A stretch of 64,000 nucleotides of DNA from Dehalococcoidia bacterium (GCA_963663235.2 CAXXNO010000012.1:1-64000), one strand, 5' to 3'. Shown: positions 39,937 to 49,803, numbered from the stretch's first letter. The notes: generated by a model from the letters alone, not told the origin. Program-made: numbers and translations.

Positions 39937-40610
39937 CGGTGAGGGTGTTCAGGTATCGATTGCATCGGTGCCGCACCGTTCTCCCCAGGATCCCGCGGAT
40001 CGCTCGGCGGTACGGCGGATGCGGGTCCGTCGTGACACGCTCGGGCTTGCGCTCGGCCACGTCCACCAGGCGGCGCAGGAAGCGCCGGGCGGCATGCGTG
40101 TCGCGCTGCGCCCTCCGCCTCGAATCGAGGAGTGCCCCCTCGCGATCGATGGCCCGCTACAGGTAGCACCAGCGGGCCGCGCCCTTCACGGAGGTCTCAT
40201 CGATGGACCAGGCGACCCCGGCGCGGCCGCGGCGCTTGGCCCGGAGCGGGTCCGCCAGGAGCAGCGCGAGGCGGAACTCCCAACTCCGGATCGTCTCGTG
40301 CGTGACTGCGTGGCCCCGCTGGAGGAGCAGCGCGGCCACGTCCCGGAAGCGGAGCGTGTACCGCAGGCGCCACAGCACGGCGAGGAGCACGAGGTCCGTC
40401 GGGTCCTGGAGATCGTTGAACGGCGTGCCGGTCCGCTCGTTGAAGCGCCGTCCGCATGCCCGGCAGCGCAACCTGGGGTAGCCGAGCGTGGTGCGGGGCT
40501 TGCGCTTGATCGTCGCGGTCGAGCGGCAGTGCGGACAGGGCATGGCGTCTCCTCGTCGCGTCATGGGCAAGGCTACGCCACGCCTACGAGTCCTGAGATC
40601 TGACAGAACC
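39937..40610 (-). pseudogene. Degenerate related IS6 (left end at 40610, ATG at 40543), premature TAG, 3' end cut by IS6 copy 2
   Basis: Collinear with the intact transposase, no indels; many radical substitutions. Confidence 0.9.
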
Positions 40611-40945
40611 AGCAGATGCTGTGCTGCCCGTGCGTGTGCCACCGGCCGACGTCGTTTCGCCGGGCTCAGAAGTTTCCCGAGGCCACCTCACGCAGGATCG
40701 AGTTGTCCAGCGCCTGCTCCGCGACCAGCTGCTTCAGCCGCGCGTACTCGCGCTCCAGCTCCTTCAGCCGCTTCGCCTGGTCGACCCGCATCCCGCCGTA
40801 CTCGCGACGCCAGCGGTAGTAGGTCTGCTCACTCACCCCGAGCTTGCGCACCGCCTGGCCCACCGTATCGCCCTGGGCGAGGTGGACCTCTGCCTCCCGC
40901 AGCTTGGCGATGATCTCCTCAGCTGCGTACCGCTTCCGCTTACTC
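40611..40945 (-). pseudogene. IS3-family (IS407-like) orfA and start of orfB, truncated
   Basis: KRYAAEEIIAKLREAEV...EQTYYRWRREYGG...SGNF; ends GGGAAACTTCTGA. Confidence 0.85.
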
Positions 40946-40987
40946 GCCCAGACGAGCTGTGGGGAACCGACGCCACACGCGCGTTCA

Positions 40988-41050
40988 TTCACAAGAGGTA
41001 TACGAGCTGAGAAAGCAACTGGTCGAACCTGTCTTCGGAATCATCAAGGT
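40988..41050 (+). pseudogene. Tiny IS1182/IS5-like transposase fragment
   Basis: QEVYELRKQLVEPVFGIIK (Y..R...VEPVFG.IK motif). Confidence 0.55.
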
Positions 41051-41200
41051 ATCGATTGTCGTCCTCCGCCGTCTCGGGCTCGATGGTGGAGGCGCCCTCC
41101 TTGACGAAGACGCTCTCTCCGGGAGAGCTGCCAATCCCAAACAAACCGGCGGGTGCGTCGGTTGCCAGGTCTACGGAAACTGTGTACGTCGCGTCCGCCG

Positions 41201-42514
41201 CTACTCATACCAGCCCGATCCAAATAGCAGCCCGTCATGCCGCACAATCCAAGTGTGTTTCTGACGGTCCTCGCCCGATTCCGGGTTGAGCAACACATAG
41301 TCGACCCAATGACCCGCCTCAGTGGCGCTCAGTAAGTCGTCGCCATAGAAATACCCCGTGGCGTCCACACGGAGGCTGGGATCACGCCCTCGAAACTGCG
41401 GGTTATGGTGGGCTATCGTGTAGCCGTCTTGGTCGATGATGAAGACATACCACTGGCCGTCAACACTCTCCTGGGCGTTGTAGTAGGCGACCGTCTCCTC
41501 CAGGCCGAGGGCGACGTAGAGGTTTATGGCCTGCCGCACGAAGGCCTTGGTGTAGGCGGGGGCGTCGGACTTGCTGGGGCCGCGTTCGTACCAGCCGGAG
41601 CCGAAGGTAATGCCGTCGTGGATCACCACCCAGGAGTGCTTGGTCTCCACAACGCCAGAGGCGGGATTGGGATAGGTGTAGTCGAACCAGGCGCCGTCCT
41701 GGTCGGCGGAGGCGGCGACGGCGGACCCTGTGGGGTAGGAGTTGGGTCCGAGAGCCTGGGAGACGTGCTTGCCCACGAGGTCGGGGTTGGGGGCATGAGC
41801 GATGATGGTCTGGTTCTCATCGATGATGAAGACATACCACTGGCCGTCAACGCTCTCCTTGGCGTTGTAGTAGGCGACCGTCTCCTCCAGGCCGAGGGCG
41901 ACGTAGAGGTTCATGGCCTGCCGCACGAAGGCCTTGGTGTAGGCGGGGGCGTCGGACAGGTCCTGCTCGACCAGCGTCCCAGCTTCAAGCCGGAACTGAC
42001 GAATCACGGCAATCGTCGGGGGCTCCGCAAACGGCTCGTGCGGCGCCCGGTCGAACATGGCGACGGTAATGACGCCGTCGTGGATGGAGACGCCCTCGAC
42101 CCGGATGCGATCACCGAGGAACGCGACGGCCGCATCGGAAAGCTCGCCGTCATCGTCGACCAGTGCGTGAAGGTAGGAGAACGTGCCGCTGCCACCGGGG
42201 TCCTCGACCGTAACCGAGGCCGCATCGACCCCGTCACGCCCATCGATATGGCCGGTGGTCCACTTGCCGAGCCGAATGACGAGCTCGCTGGCCGAGCCCT
42301 CGGCGACCGGCTCACGGAACTCGCCGTCTTCGAGTGTGGCCGTGCCCTCCCTGCTGTTCTCAGTGAGATACGTGGCCTGTTCGAGAGTGGCGCCCGTTGG
42401 TGCCCCTGGACCGTCGCCGCCGCACGACACCATCAGCATAGCGCCGAGCAGCAGCGCTCCGAGGAAGAGCAAGCGAGTCCCGGTTCGGGATCTTCTATGT
42501 GGGCCTGACATCAT
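41201..42514 (-). CDS. Lipoprotein with two tandem single-Cache-type domains
   Basis: Lipobox MVSC; duplicated SDAPAYTKAFVRQA.NLY..LGLEETVAYYN..ESVDGQWYVFIID...FGSGWYE. Confidence 0.8.
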   Translation of the reverse strand: MMSGPHRRSRTGTRLLFLGALLLGAMLMVSCGGDGPGAPTGATLEQATYLTENSREGTATLEDGEFREPVAEGSASELVIRLGKWTTGHIDGRDGVDAASVTVEDPGGSGTFSYLHALVDDDGELSDAAVAFLGDRIRVEGVSIHDGVITVAMFDRAPHEPFAEPPTIAVIRQFRLEAGTLVEQDLSDAPAYTKAFVRQAMNLYVALGLEETVAYYNAKESVDGQWYVFIIDENQTIIAHAPNPDLVGKHVSQALGPNSYPTGSAVAASADQDGAWFDYTYPNPASGVVETKHSWVVIHDGITFGSGWYERGPSKSDAPAYTKAFVRQAINLYVALGLEETVAYYNAQESVDGQWYVFIIDQDGYTIAHHNPQFRGRDPSLRVDATGYFYGDDLLSATEAGHWVDYVLLNPESGEDRQKHTWIVRHDGLLFGSGWYE

Positions 42515-42557
42515 CTCTATTCCTTTCCGGCAGCGCAGGCCGAAGATTGTAGGCGCC

Positions 42558-42679
42558 CCCAGTTCCAGCGCGAGCGAGTCGCGCAGGAATGTTTCCAGTG
42601 ACTCCCTGATCTCCTTGGCTTCGGCCTTTGGCCCGATGAAGCCCAGTACGAAGTCGTCCGCGTAGCGGACGTATCGCAG
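42558..42679 (-). pseudogene. Group II intron reverse transcriptase fragment
   Basis: LRYVRYADDFVLGFIGPKAEAKEIRESLETFLRDSLALEL. Confidence 0.8.
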
Positions 42680-42722
42680 TGACCTGCCCCAGCCTTTGTA
42701 CCACTTCCTAAGTTAGAGCCAG
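42680..42722 (-). mobile_element. Orphan IS3/IS407-type terminal repeat
   Basis: TGACCTGCCCC, the same as the ends at 52953 and 54202. Confidence 0.6.
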
Positions 42723-42803
42723 GACAGGTGCGAGCCGTCCCGGCGTGACCGGTTCAGGTGCCGCTTCCGGTTATGCTACAAGGAAATGTCGTCCGCCCGA
42801 ATG

Positions 42804-43245
42804 TCACGCGGCGAGACGCTCGTACTCGTGATGCAGTCCGCCCAGGATCGGCCGACCCACGACTTGGCCCTCGCTCCGGGGCGGTGACCGTGGCCGCCGG
42901 TCGTCCGGAGCCCACAGTTCGAGCGCCTGGTGCGGTCGCACGTGGTTGTAGTGCGCGACGTACTCCCGCAGCACCAGTCGCAGGTGACGCTCATTCACGA
43001 TGATCAGATGGTCGAGACATTCGCGCCTGAGCGTTCCGACCACACGCTCCGCGATGGCGTTCGCCTTCGGTGCCCGCACCGCAGTGAGGACCGTCTTGAT
43101 CCCGATCGCTCGCGCCTTGCCAAGGAAGGCACCGCCGTACGAGCGGTCGCGGTCCCGGATCAGATAGCGGGGCTGCTGCCCCCACGGCGTCGCCTCCAGC
43201 AACTGACGCCACCCCCACAGCGCTGTCGAATGTGCCGTCACGTTG
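42804..43245 (-). pseudogene. rve integrase-core transposase (IS481/IS3-like) C-terminal fragment
   Basis: YLIRDRD..YG, APKANAIAERVVGTLRRECLD, RPHQAL, LGGLHHEY. Confidence 0.85.
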
Positions 43246-43249
43246 AAAT

Positions 43250-43500
43250 TGTACCGCTCCTGGTTTCTTGGACACTTCGCTCGCGGTAATCATGCAGCCG
43301 CTCCGGTGCTCGGCGAGAGCGCCTGGCGGACGGCGGCCGGGGTGCGGTGGCCGTGGCGCTCGACCAGCCACTTCTGGTTGTAGCGGTCCTTGAACGCGAG
43401 CAGCGCGAGGCGCAGCTGCTGGACCGTCTCGAACGGCTCCACCCAGAGCAGCTGCTCCTTGAGCGTGCGGATGAAGCGCTCGGCGCAGCCGTTGATCTCG
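43250..43500 (-). pseudogene. IS3-family transposase C-terminal fragment with right end
   Basis: NGCAERFIRTLKEQLLW...YN..WLVERHGHRTP; end gtgtccaagaaaccaggagcggtaca. Confidence 0.75.
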
Positions 43501-43576
43501 GGCGGCCACCTCCGAGCGGATGCACAGAGCTGTCCGGCATGCCGCAGTGCACGCGCGCCCGCCGTAGGCTGCAGGT

Positions 43577-44398
43577 ATGGATGCAAGCGACCGCAAAGGG
43601 CGCTTCCCCGGGCACTTACGAGCCGTCGGTGGATTGCGTGTTGCGGGCCTGGCGCTCCTGCTCGCGCGCTACGACGGCTATCAACCCTTCCTCAGTGCCG
43701 CGGCCGACGCGCACGCCAAGCAGCAACAGTTGCTCACGATCAGATCTCCGTCGGATCGGCGCAACGCACTCCGCACACTGAACCATCGCTTTGCCGCACG
43801 CTGGAATCTCCATCACATCGCCGTGTTGCGGGAGAACGATTATGCCGCGGTGGATACTGCGATCGCCCAGACCGGCACGGTATTCAAGGATAAGAAGAAG
43901 AGGTGGCGGCGGGTCGGGCGACCGTTCTACCCCTCCTCGGTCGTGCTCGCGATCGCTCCGCCGCCCGAACCCGTGATGGTGATCGCCGGCGTGCGCTACA
44001 GGTGGCGCCTGAGTGCGGGCGAGAGCCTGGGGCGCTGGCGCGCGCGGATCGCGGCAGGCCGCGGCGTGCGGCGCGGCAGCGATCTGCCCGCGCGGCTGCA
44101 GCGCGAGTTGCGCGCTGCGCCGCGGCGCGCAACTCGCGCGGCGGGCTGGCTCCTGACCGATGACCGGCACGGCCTGGACGAGCATGTGCGCTGGCTCTTC
44201 TGGCGGCTCTGTCCCCAACCCAACCACCCTTGGAGCGGGGAGCAGATCGCGGGGTGCGTGGGCCTTCCTGACAGTGGCGCAGCGGTCCGCTCCAAGCTGC
44301 GCCGGACGGCGGCGCTGCTGGACGTGCGTCTGCCCCCCGTCCGGGGTGGGCGCCCGCGTGGGGCCCGGGCTGCACACCGTGGCCCGCCGCGCCATTAG
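43577..44398 (+). CDS. Hypothetical protein, possible C-terminal HTH
   Basis: 273-aa ORF co-oriented with the phage-like genes; WSGEQIA. Confidence 0.5.
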   Translation: MDASDRKGRFPGHLRAVGGLRVAGLALLLARYDGYQPFLSAAADAHAKQQQLLTIRSPSDRRNALRTLNHRFAARWNLHHIAVLRENDYAAVDTAIAQTGTVFKDKKKRWRRVGRPFYPSSVVLAIAPPPEPVMVIAGVRYRWRLSAGESLGRWRARIAAGRGVRRGSDLPARLQRELRAAPRRATRAAGWLLTDDRHGLDEHVRWLFWRLCPQPNHPWSGEQIAGCVGLPDSGAAVRSKLRRTAALLDVRLPPVRGGRPRGARAAHRGPPRH

Positions 44399-44440
44399 AC
44401 GATCCAGGTATGTGGTGGCGGGGGCTGATATGCCGGAAGC

Positions 44441-45712
44441 ATGCAGGCGCCACACGACAACCGCCCGGGCCGTGCGCCCACGTGGCGCTCGCGCATCGTC
44501 GGCCACGGCGACGCCGATCCGCAGACCCTCGTCGCCCACCCGGAAAATTGGCGCGCGCATCCCCGCAACCAGCGTCGCGCCATGGCCGGCGTGCTTGACC
44601 GTGTGGGCTGGGTGCAGGACGTGATCGTCAACCGGCGCACGGGGCGGATCCTGGACGGCCACCTGCGAGTGGCCTTGGCGCTGGAACGCAGGGAGGCAAC
44701 GGTCCCCATCGTGGAGGTCGATCTGCGTGAGGACGAAGAGCGCGTCATCCTCGCGACCTTCGACCCGCTGGGAGCCATGGCGAACGGCGACGCCGACGCA
44801 GTGCAGGATCTGCTGGCGCGCGTGACGGCAGAGGAAGCCGCCGTCGCCGATCTGCTCGGACGGCTCGCCGCCGCGCATCCTGCCACGCCCGATCTGCGTG
44901 CCGACCCGGATGCCGTACCGGAACCGCCGCCGGAGCCGGTCTCGCGGCCGGGGGACTGTTGGACCTGTGGTCCACACCGGGTCTGGTGCGGCGACGCCCA
45001 GGATGCCGCGGCCGTTGCCGGCCTCTTCCCCGACGGCCCCGCCGGCTGGATGTGGACCGACCCGCCGTACGGGATCTCCTACACCGGCAAGACGCCCGCG
45101 GGACTCACGATCGCGGGCGATGCCGCCGACGGGCTGGAGCCGCTCCTCCACGAGAGCTTCCGCGCGGCCGACGCCGTGCTCGCCCCCGGCGCCAGCATCT
45201 TCGTCGCTCACCCGGCCGGGCCGCATAGTCTCGGCTTCGGCGCGGCGTTCCTGGCGGCCGGCTGGCACTGGCACCAGACCCTGACCTGGGTGAAGGACAC
45301 GCTGGTGCTCGGACACAGCGACTTCCACTACCGGCACGAACCCATCCTGTACGGCTGGAAGCCCGGCCGCGCGCACGGCTGGTACGGCGGCCGGGCGGAA
45401 GATTCCATCTTCGCGCTGCCGCGCCCCGCGGCCAGCCGAGCGCATCCGACCATGAAGCCGGTGGCGCTGATCGCGGCCCAACTAGCACTGACCACCCGGC
45501 CCGGCGACCTGGGCTACGACCCCTTCGCCGGGTCGGGCTCCACGCTGATCGCCGCCGAGCAACTCGGGCGGCGCTGCGTGGCCGTTGAGATCGGCCCGCG
45601 CTACGCCGATGTGATCGTGCAGCGCTGGCAAAACGCCACCGGGGGCACCGCGACGCTGGCCGATGATGGCCGCACGTTCGCGCAGATGCAGGAGGTGCGC
45701 CATCGCCGGTAG
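44441..45712 (+). CDS. Phage-type ParB/Srx-domain + N6/N4 DNA methyltransferase
   Basis: HPENWRAH...ILDGHLR (ParB); TDPPYG, HPTMKPVAL, DPFAGSGSTLIAA. Confidence 0.9.
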   Translation: MQAPHDNRPGRAPTWRSRIVGHGDADPQTLVAHPENWRAHPRNQRRAMAGVLDRVGWVQDVIVNRRTGRILDGHLRVALALERREATVPIVEVDLREDEERVILATFDPLGAMANGDADAVQDLLARVTAEEAAVADLLGRLAAAHPATPDLRADPDAVPEPPPEPVSRPGDCWTCGPHRVWCGDAQDAAAVAGLFPDGPAGWMWTDPPYGISYTGKTPAGLTIAGDAADGLEPLLHESFRAADAVLAPGASIFVAHPAGPHSLGFGAAFLAAGWHWHQTLTWVKDTLVLGHSDFHYRHEPILYGWKPGRAHGWYGGRAEDSIFALPRPAASRAHPTMKPVALIAAQLALTTRPGDLGYDPFAGSGSTLIAAEQLGRRCVAVEIGPRYADVIVQRWQNATGGTATLADDGRTFAQMQEVRHRR

Positions 45713-46121
45713 ACACACCAAGCTGACGCCCGAGGTCCACCAGCAGATCGTGGCCTTCATCCGCGCCGGCGCCTACGACTGGGTCGCCGCCGAGGCCGCG
45801 GGGATCGGCAAGTCCACGTTCTACCGCTGGCTCGAACGCGGCGAGGCGAGTGCCGCGGAACCGCATCGCATGTTCATGGTGGACGTGCGGGAGGCGCGCG
45901 CGCAGGCACGGGTGGCGGCCGAGACCGAAGTTCGGCGCGACAACCCGCTCGCCTGGCTGCGCTACGGCCCGGGACGCGATCGCGCCGGGGAGCCGGGCTG
46001 GACGGAACGGCATGAGATTGCGGGAGCCGACGGCGCGCCGGTGCGCTTCACGCTCGCCCTGGGATCCGGCAATGAGCCGGAGGGCACCGACGCATCCGAC
46101 GGAGGAGCCGACGATGCCTGA
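45663..46121 (+). CDS. Putative terminase small subunit (HTH)
   Basis: GRHTKLTPE...AAEAAGIGKSTFYRW; lies between the methylase and TerL; GGAGG is followed by ATC at 45702. Confidence 0.7.
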   Translation: MMAARSRRCRRCAIAGRHTKLTPEVHQQIVAFIRAGAYDWVAAEAAGIGKSTFYRWLERGEASAAEPHRMFMVDVREARAQARVAAETEVRRDNPLAWLRYGPGRDRAGEPGWTERHEIAGADGAPVRFTLALGSGNEPEGTDASDGGADDA

Positions 46122-47658
46122 GGCGCGCGTGATCACGTACGACCGACCGCCGCTGTACCCCAAGCAGCAGGCCGCGATCTTTGCCCCCGCGCGCTACGCG
46201 GTGATCGAGGCCTCCACCAAGAGCGGTAAGACGCACGGCTGCTTGGCCTGGCTGTTCGAACAGGCCGCGCAGGGCGGGCCCGGGCAGCATTACTGGTGGG
46301 TGGCGCCGGTGGCCGCGCAGGCCCAGATCGCCTACCGGCGGCTCAAGGCGGTGATCCCGCACGGGCTCGCGCGCGCCAATGCAACCGATGCCACCCTGAC
46401 CCTGGCCAACGCCGCCACGATCTGGTTCAAGAGCGCCGAAACCCCGGACCACCTCTACGGCGAGGATGTCCACGCCGCCGTGATCGATGAGGCGACGCGC
46501 GTCAAGGAAGCGGCCTGGCACGCGCTGCGCTCGACGCTGTCCCACACCCGCGGCCCGGTGCGGATCATCGGCAACGTCCGGGGCCGCCGCAACTGGGCCT
46601 ATCGCATGGCCCGCCGGGCGGAGGCGGGCACGCCGGACATGCACTACGCGCGCCTCACCGCCACCGACGCGGTGGCCGCCGGCATCCTGACCGCCGCCGA
46701 AGTGGACGATGCGCAACGGCAATTGCCGGCGGACACGTTCCGGGAGTTGTACTTCGCCGAGCCGGCCGACACCTACGCGTTGGTGTACGCCTCCTTCGGC
46801 GCCGACAACATCAGCCCCGCCGCCGAGTACGCCCCCGGCGCCGGGCCGCTCTACGTGGGGTACGACTGGGGGTTCACGGATCTCACGCACATTGGACTGT
46901 ACCAGCTGCGCGACGAGATGCTGTACCAGTTCGATGAGTTGGTTGGCAACCGGCAGCCCGAGCGGATCTGGGTGCGCCGCGTGGTCGAGCGCGTCCTGGC
47001 GCTGCCGGACTACCGCGGCCCCACGCTGGCGGAGTGGGAGGAGATCTGGGCGGGCCGCGCGGCCCCGGCCCCGCACTGGCCCGACGTCTGGCCGGATTGG
47101 GCGGTCGGGGATCCGTCGGCAGTGCAGCTGCGCCAGACCTTCAAGGCGCACGGGATCTCGGCGCCCGGGCCCGACAAGGTGCGCCACGCGGTCGTCAGCG
47201 GCCAAGACGTGTTGCGGGCGCTGATCTGGAGCGGGGAGGACCGCCGGCGCTTCGTGCTGCATCCGCGCTGCACGGCCACCCGGGAAGCGTTGGAAAATTA
47301 CCGGGCGCTGGACCTCGGGGAAGGCGTCTACGATGCCCGCCCAGACCCCGACCCCGCCAATCACGTCTACAGCCACGGGACCGACCAGGCCCGCCACCTC
47401 GTCTGCTGGTACCGCAACGATCGTGCGAACTGGGAGTGGGGGGAGGAAGCCCGAGACGCGCGCATCACCTGCCCGGCGCTGATGGTGACCGCGGGACGAG
47501 ATCCGGTGCTGACGCCGTCGTTGTCGGCCGGGATGGAGCGGGTGATCCCCCAGCTCCAGCGCGGGCACATCGAAGCTTGCGGCCATTGGACACAGCAGGA
47601 GTGCCCCGAGGAGCTGAATCGCCTCCTGTGCGACTGGCTCACGGAGCTGTCGGCCTGA
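46114..47658 (+). CDS. Terminase large subunit fused in frame (near 47405) to an epoxide-hydrolase-like C-terminal fragment
   Basis: STKSGKT Walker A, VIDEA Walker B, GYDWG, DPS, HGTD; then WYRN..ANWE...ITCPALMV...D.VL...CGHWTQQE. Confidence 0.8.
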   Translation: MPEARVITYDRPPLYPKQQAAIFAPARYAVIEASTKSGKTHGCLAWLFEQAAQGGPGQHYWWVAPVAAQAQIAYRRLKAVIPHGLARANATDATLTLANAATIWFKSAETPDHLYGEDVHAAVIDEATRVKEAAWHALRSTLSHTRGPVRIIGNVRGRRNWAYRMARRAEAGTPDMHYARLTATDAVAAGILTAAEVDDAQRQLPADTFRELYFAEPADTYALVYASFGADNISPAAEYAPGAGPLYVGYDWGFTDLTHIGLYQLRDEMLYQFDELVGNRQPERIWVRRVVERVLALPDYRGPTLAEWEEIWAGRAAPAPHWPDVWPDWAVGDPSAVQLRQTFKAHGISAPGPDKVRHAVVSGQDVLRALIWSGEDRRRFVLHPRCTATREALENYRALDLGEGVYDARPDPDPANHVYSHGTDQARHLVCWYRNDRANWEWGEEARDARITCPALMVTAGRDPVLTPSLSAGMERVIPQLQRGHIEACGHWTQQECPEELNRLLCDWLTELSA

Positions 47659-47760
47659 CTGCTACTCGATTTCAGGCGCGCGGCAGCGTGACACCCGCCC
47701 GCGCCAACGCCGCGGCGGCGTTCCCGCCCAGGATGGCGTCCCGTTCAGCGGAGGGCGCCG

Positions 47761-49593
47761 TCACGCTTGGGCGAACGGGGGTCGTCGTGCGGCGCGTGCC
47801 GCGGTTGTGGCCTCACCATTGATGACGAGCGTCTCGACCTTCGCCGGGTCCCCGGTGAGGACGACGCCGTAGACGGCGCGCGCGCGGCCGATTGAGATGA
47901 AACCCTCGGCAACGTCGCGCAGGACGGCCTCCGCGTCACGAGTCAGGGGATCGCCGTAGCCGCCGCCGCCGGCGGAGAGGCTCACGATCCGCTCCCCAGG
48001 CTCCAGCCGCTGTTCACCGACGAGATTCGGCAGGACGCGGGTCGAGCCGCCGGCCTCCCGCAGGTGCGCGCCGGGCCCTTGCGTGGGGCCGCCCCCGCGC
48101 ACGCCTTGCGGCGGGTTGAACATCCCGTCGAGCGAATAGTAGACGTCCATCGGGTCCGCGAGCGGGCCGTAGCTGCAGATATTGCCCGGCGCCCCCCGTT
48201 GGCGGCCGGCGCCTTCGGAATCGACGCGGACCTTCTTCTCCCAGAGCACGTAGGGGTACTTCTGCTCGATCACCTCCGCGGAATCGATGTACAGGACGCC
48301 GCCGGCTCCCGGGCCGAGGAGCGTGAGCCAGCCGTCGGATTGCGGCCCGGCGGGGCCGCCGGCGGTGCCACTGAAGACCTCCAACATGTAGGGCTCGCCG
48401 CGGCGCCGGTCGAAGCCGGACACCACGCCGTAGTAGGGCGCCAGGCCCCAGGCCGGCTCGCCCAGGCCCACGCCGTCGGCGAGCTGGGCGAAGGCAGCGA
48501 AGACCATGCCCATGGCGCGCTCCAAGACCGTGGTGGTAGCCATGGAGCAGGAGTAGGGATGGACCGGGATCCCCAGCACGCAGTTCTCGCGTAACAGCAC
48601 ATCGAAGCGACGGAAGCTGCCACCGTTGTTGGGCGCGACCTCCACTTTGGCTTCCGGGCGCGCGTTGAGGATGTGCAGGATGCCGGAGACGGCGGCGGTC
48701 GTGGCGGTGGCGCGGCTCTGATTCAAGCCGGTGGGCGTGCAGTCCGGGTTGTCGCGGAAGTCGACCGTGACGCGCGCGGCCTCTGGGTCGACCGCGATCT
48801 TGGCGTGCAGCGGGATGCCATCGGGGAGGCTGGGGAACGGATCCACCGTGCTCCACGCCTCGGCCTCGCCGGCCGGCAGTTCGCGGATCGCCGCCATGGT
48901 CATGCGCTCGGAGTAGTCCAGCCACTCGCGGACGAAGGTCTTCACCGTCTCCAGCCCGAACTTGCGGCAGAAGGCCTGGATCCCCTGCTCGCCCACCCGG
49001 GCGGCCGCGATCATGGCCAGGTAGTCGCCGTACCAGATCTCGGGGATGCGGATGCGCTTCTGGCACATGCGGATGATGTCGCCGACGTCTGCGTAGTGCT
49101 CCTGAATGCGCACGCACGGGAAGATCAACGCCCCCTCGGCATACACGTCGACGGCCTCGGGCGAGTAGGTCGTGCGGATAGCGTTTCCGGTGTCGGCTTG
49201 GTGCGCCTTCACACAGGCCGTGAAGATGTGCTCGCCGGCATAGAAGACCGGCACCAGGATCGTCCAGTCGGCCGCGTGGGTGTTGCCGAGGTAGGGATCG
49301 TTGTGGAGGAAGGCATCGCCCTCCTCGAAATCGGGGTGGAGTTCAGCCATGGCTTCACAGAGGAGGCCGGAACCGTAGACATGGACGGGGCACCCTTCCG
49401 GTGCAGCGAAGAGCTCATGCTCGGCGGTGGAGAGGGAGCAGGAGAGGTCGCGCGCGGCGAGGGTGGCGGATTGGGCGGTGCGCACGAGCGTGTTGGTCAT
49501 CTCGCGGACGATGCCGTCCACCCGGTTGGCCATGACCAGCAGCTGGATCGGCTCGATCGTGGGTTTCGCGGCGCTCGCATCGCTCGGGGCCAT
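47761..49593 (-). CDS. Hydantoinase B/5-oxoprolinase family protein
   Basis: NDPYLGNTH..D, AHQADTG, DSEGAGRQRG, GGGGYGDP. Confidence 0.9.
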   Translation of the reverse strand: MAPSDASAAKPTIEPIQLLVMANRVDGIVREMTNTLVRTAQSATLAARDLSCSLSTAEHELFAAPEGCPVHVYGSGLLCEAMAELHPDFEEGDAFLHNDPYLGNTHAADWTILVPVFYAGEHIFTACVKAHQADTGNAIRTTYSPEAVDVYAEGALIFPCVRIQEHYADVGDIIRMCQKRIRIPEIWYGDYLAMIAAARVGEQGIQAFCRKFGLETVKTFVREWLDYSERMTMAAIRELPAGEAEAWSTVDPFPSLPDGIPLHAKIAVDPEAARVTVDFRDNPDCTPTGLNQSRATATTAAVSGILHILNARPEAKVEVAPNNGGSFRRFDVLLRENCVLGIPVHPYSCSMATTTVLERAMGMVFAAFAQLADGVGLGEPAWGLAPYYGVVSGFDRRRGEPYMLEVFSGTAGGPAGPQSDGWLTLLGPGAGGVLYIDSAEVIEQKYPYVLWEKKVRVDSEGAGRQRGAPGNICSYGPLADPMDVYYSLDGMFNPPQGVRGGGPTQGPGAHLREAGGSTRVLPNLVGEQRLEPGERIVSLSAGGGGYGDPLTRDAEAVLRDVAEGFISIGRARAVYGVVLTGDPAKVETLVINGEATTAARAARRPPFAQA

Positions 49594-49803
49594 TGGGCGA
49601 TCTCCTCATCGTGCCTGCACCGAGGCCCCCGACGCACCGGGGCCGATCCACGCGAGCGATGGGTCAGAGCGCTCGATGCGGTCTCGCGTCGCCGCTGAGC
49701 GGAAAGTCTAGCAGCGCGCCATCATCGTGGCGCGTCCGCTGATGAGTCCAATGCAGACCGCGAGGGAATCTACAGACAGCCTCAGCGTCGTGGAAAGCCA
49801 AAC

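Noticed and set aside
42558-42679. Retron/DGR reverse transcriptase
   Set aside because: Only about 40 codons with a group II intron-type YVRYADDF context, truncated by an IS end.
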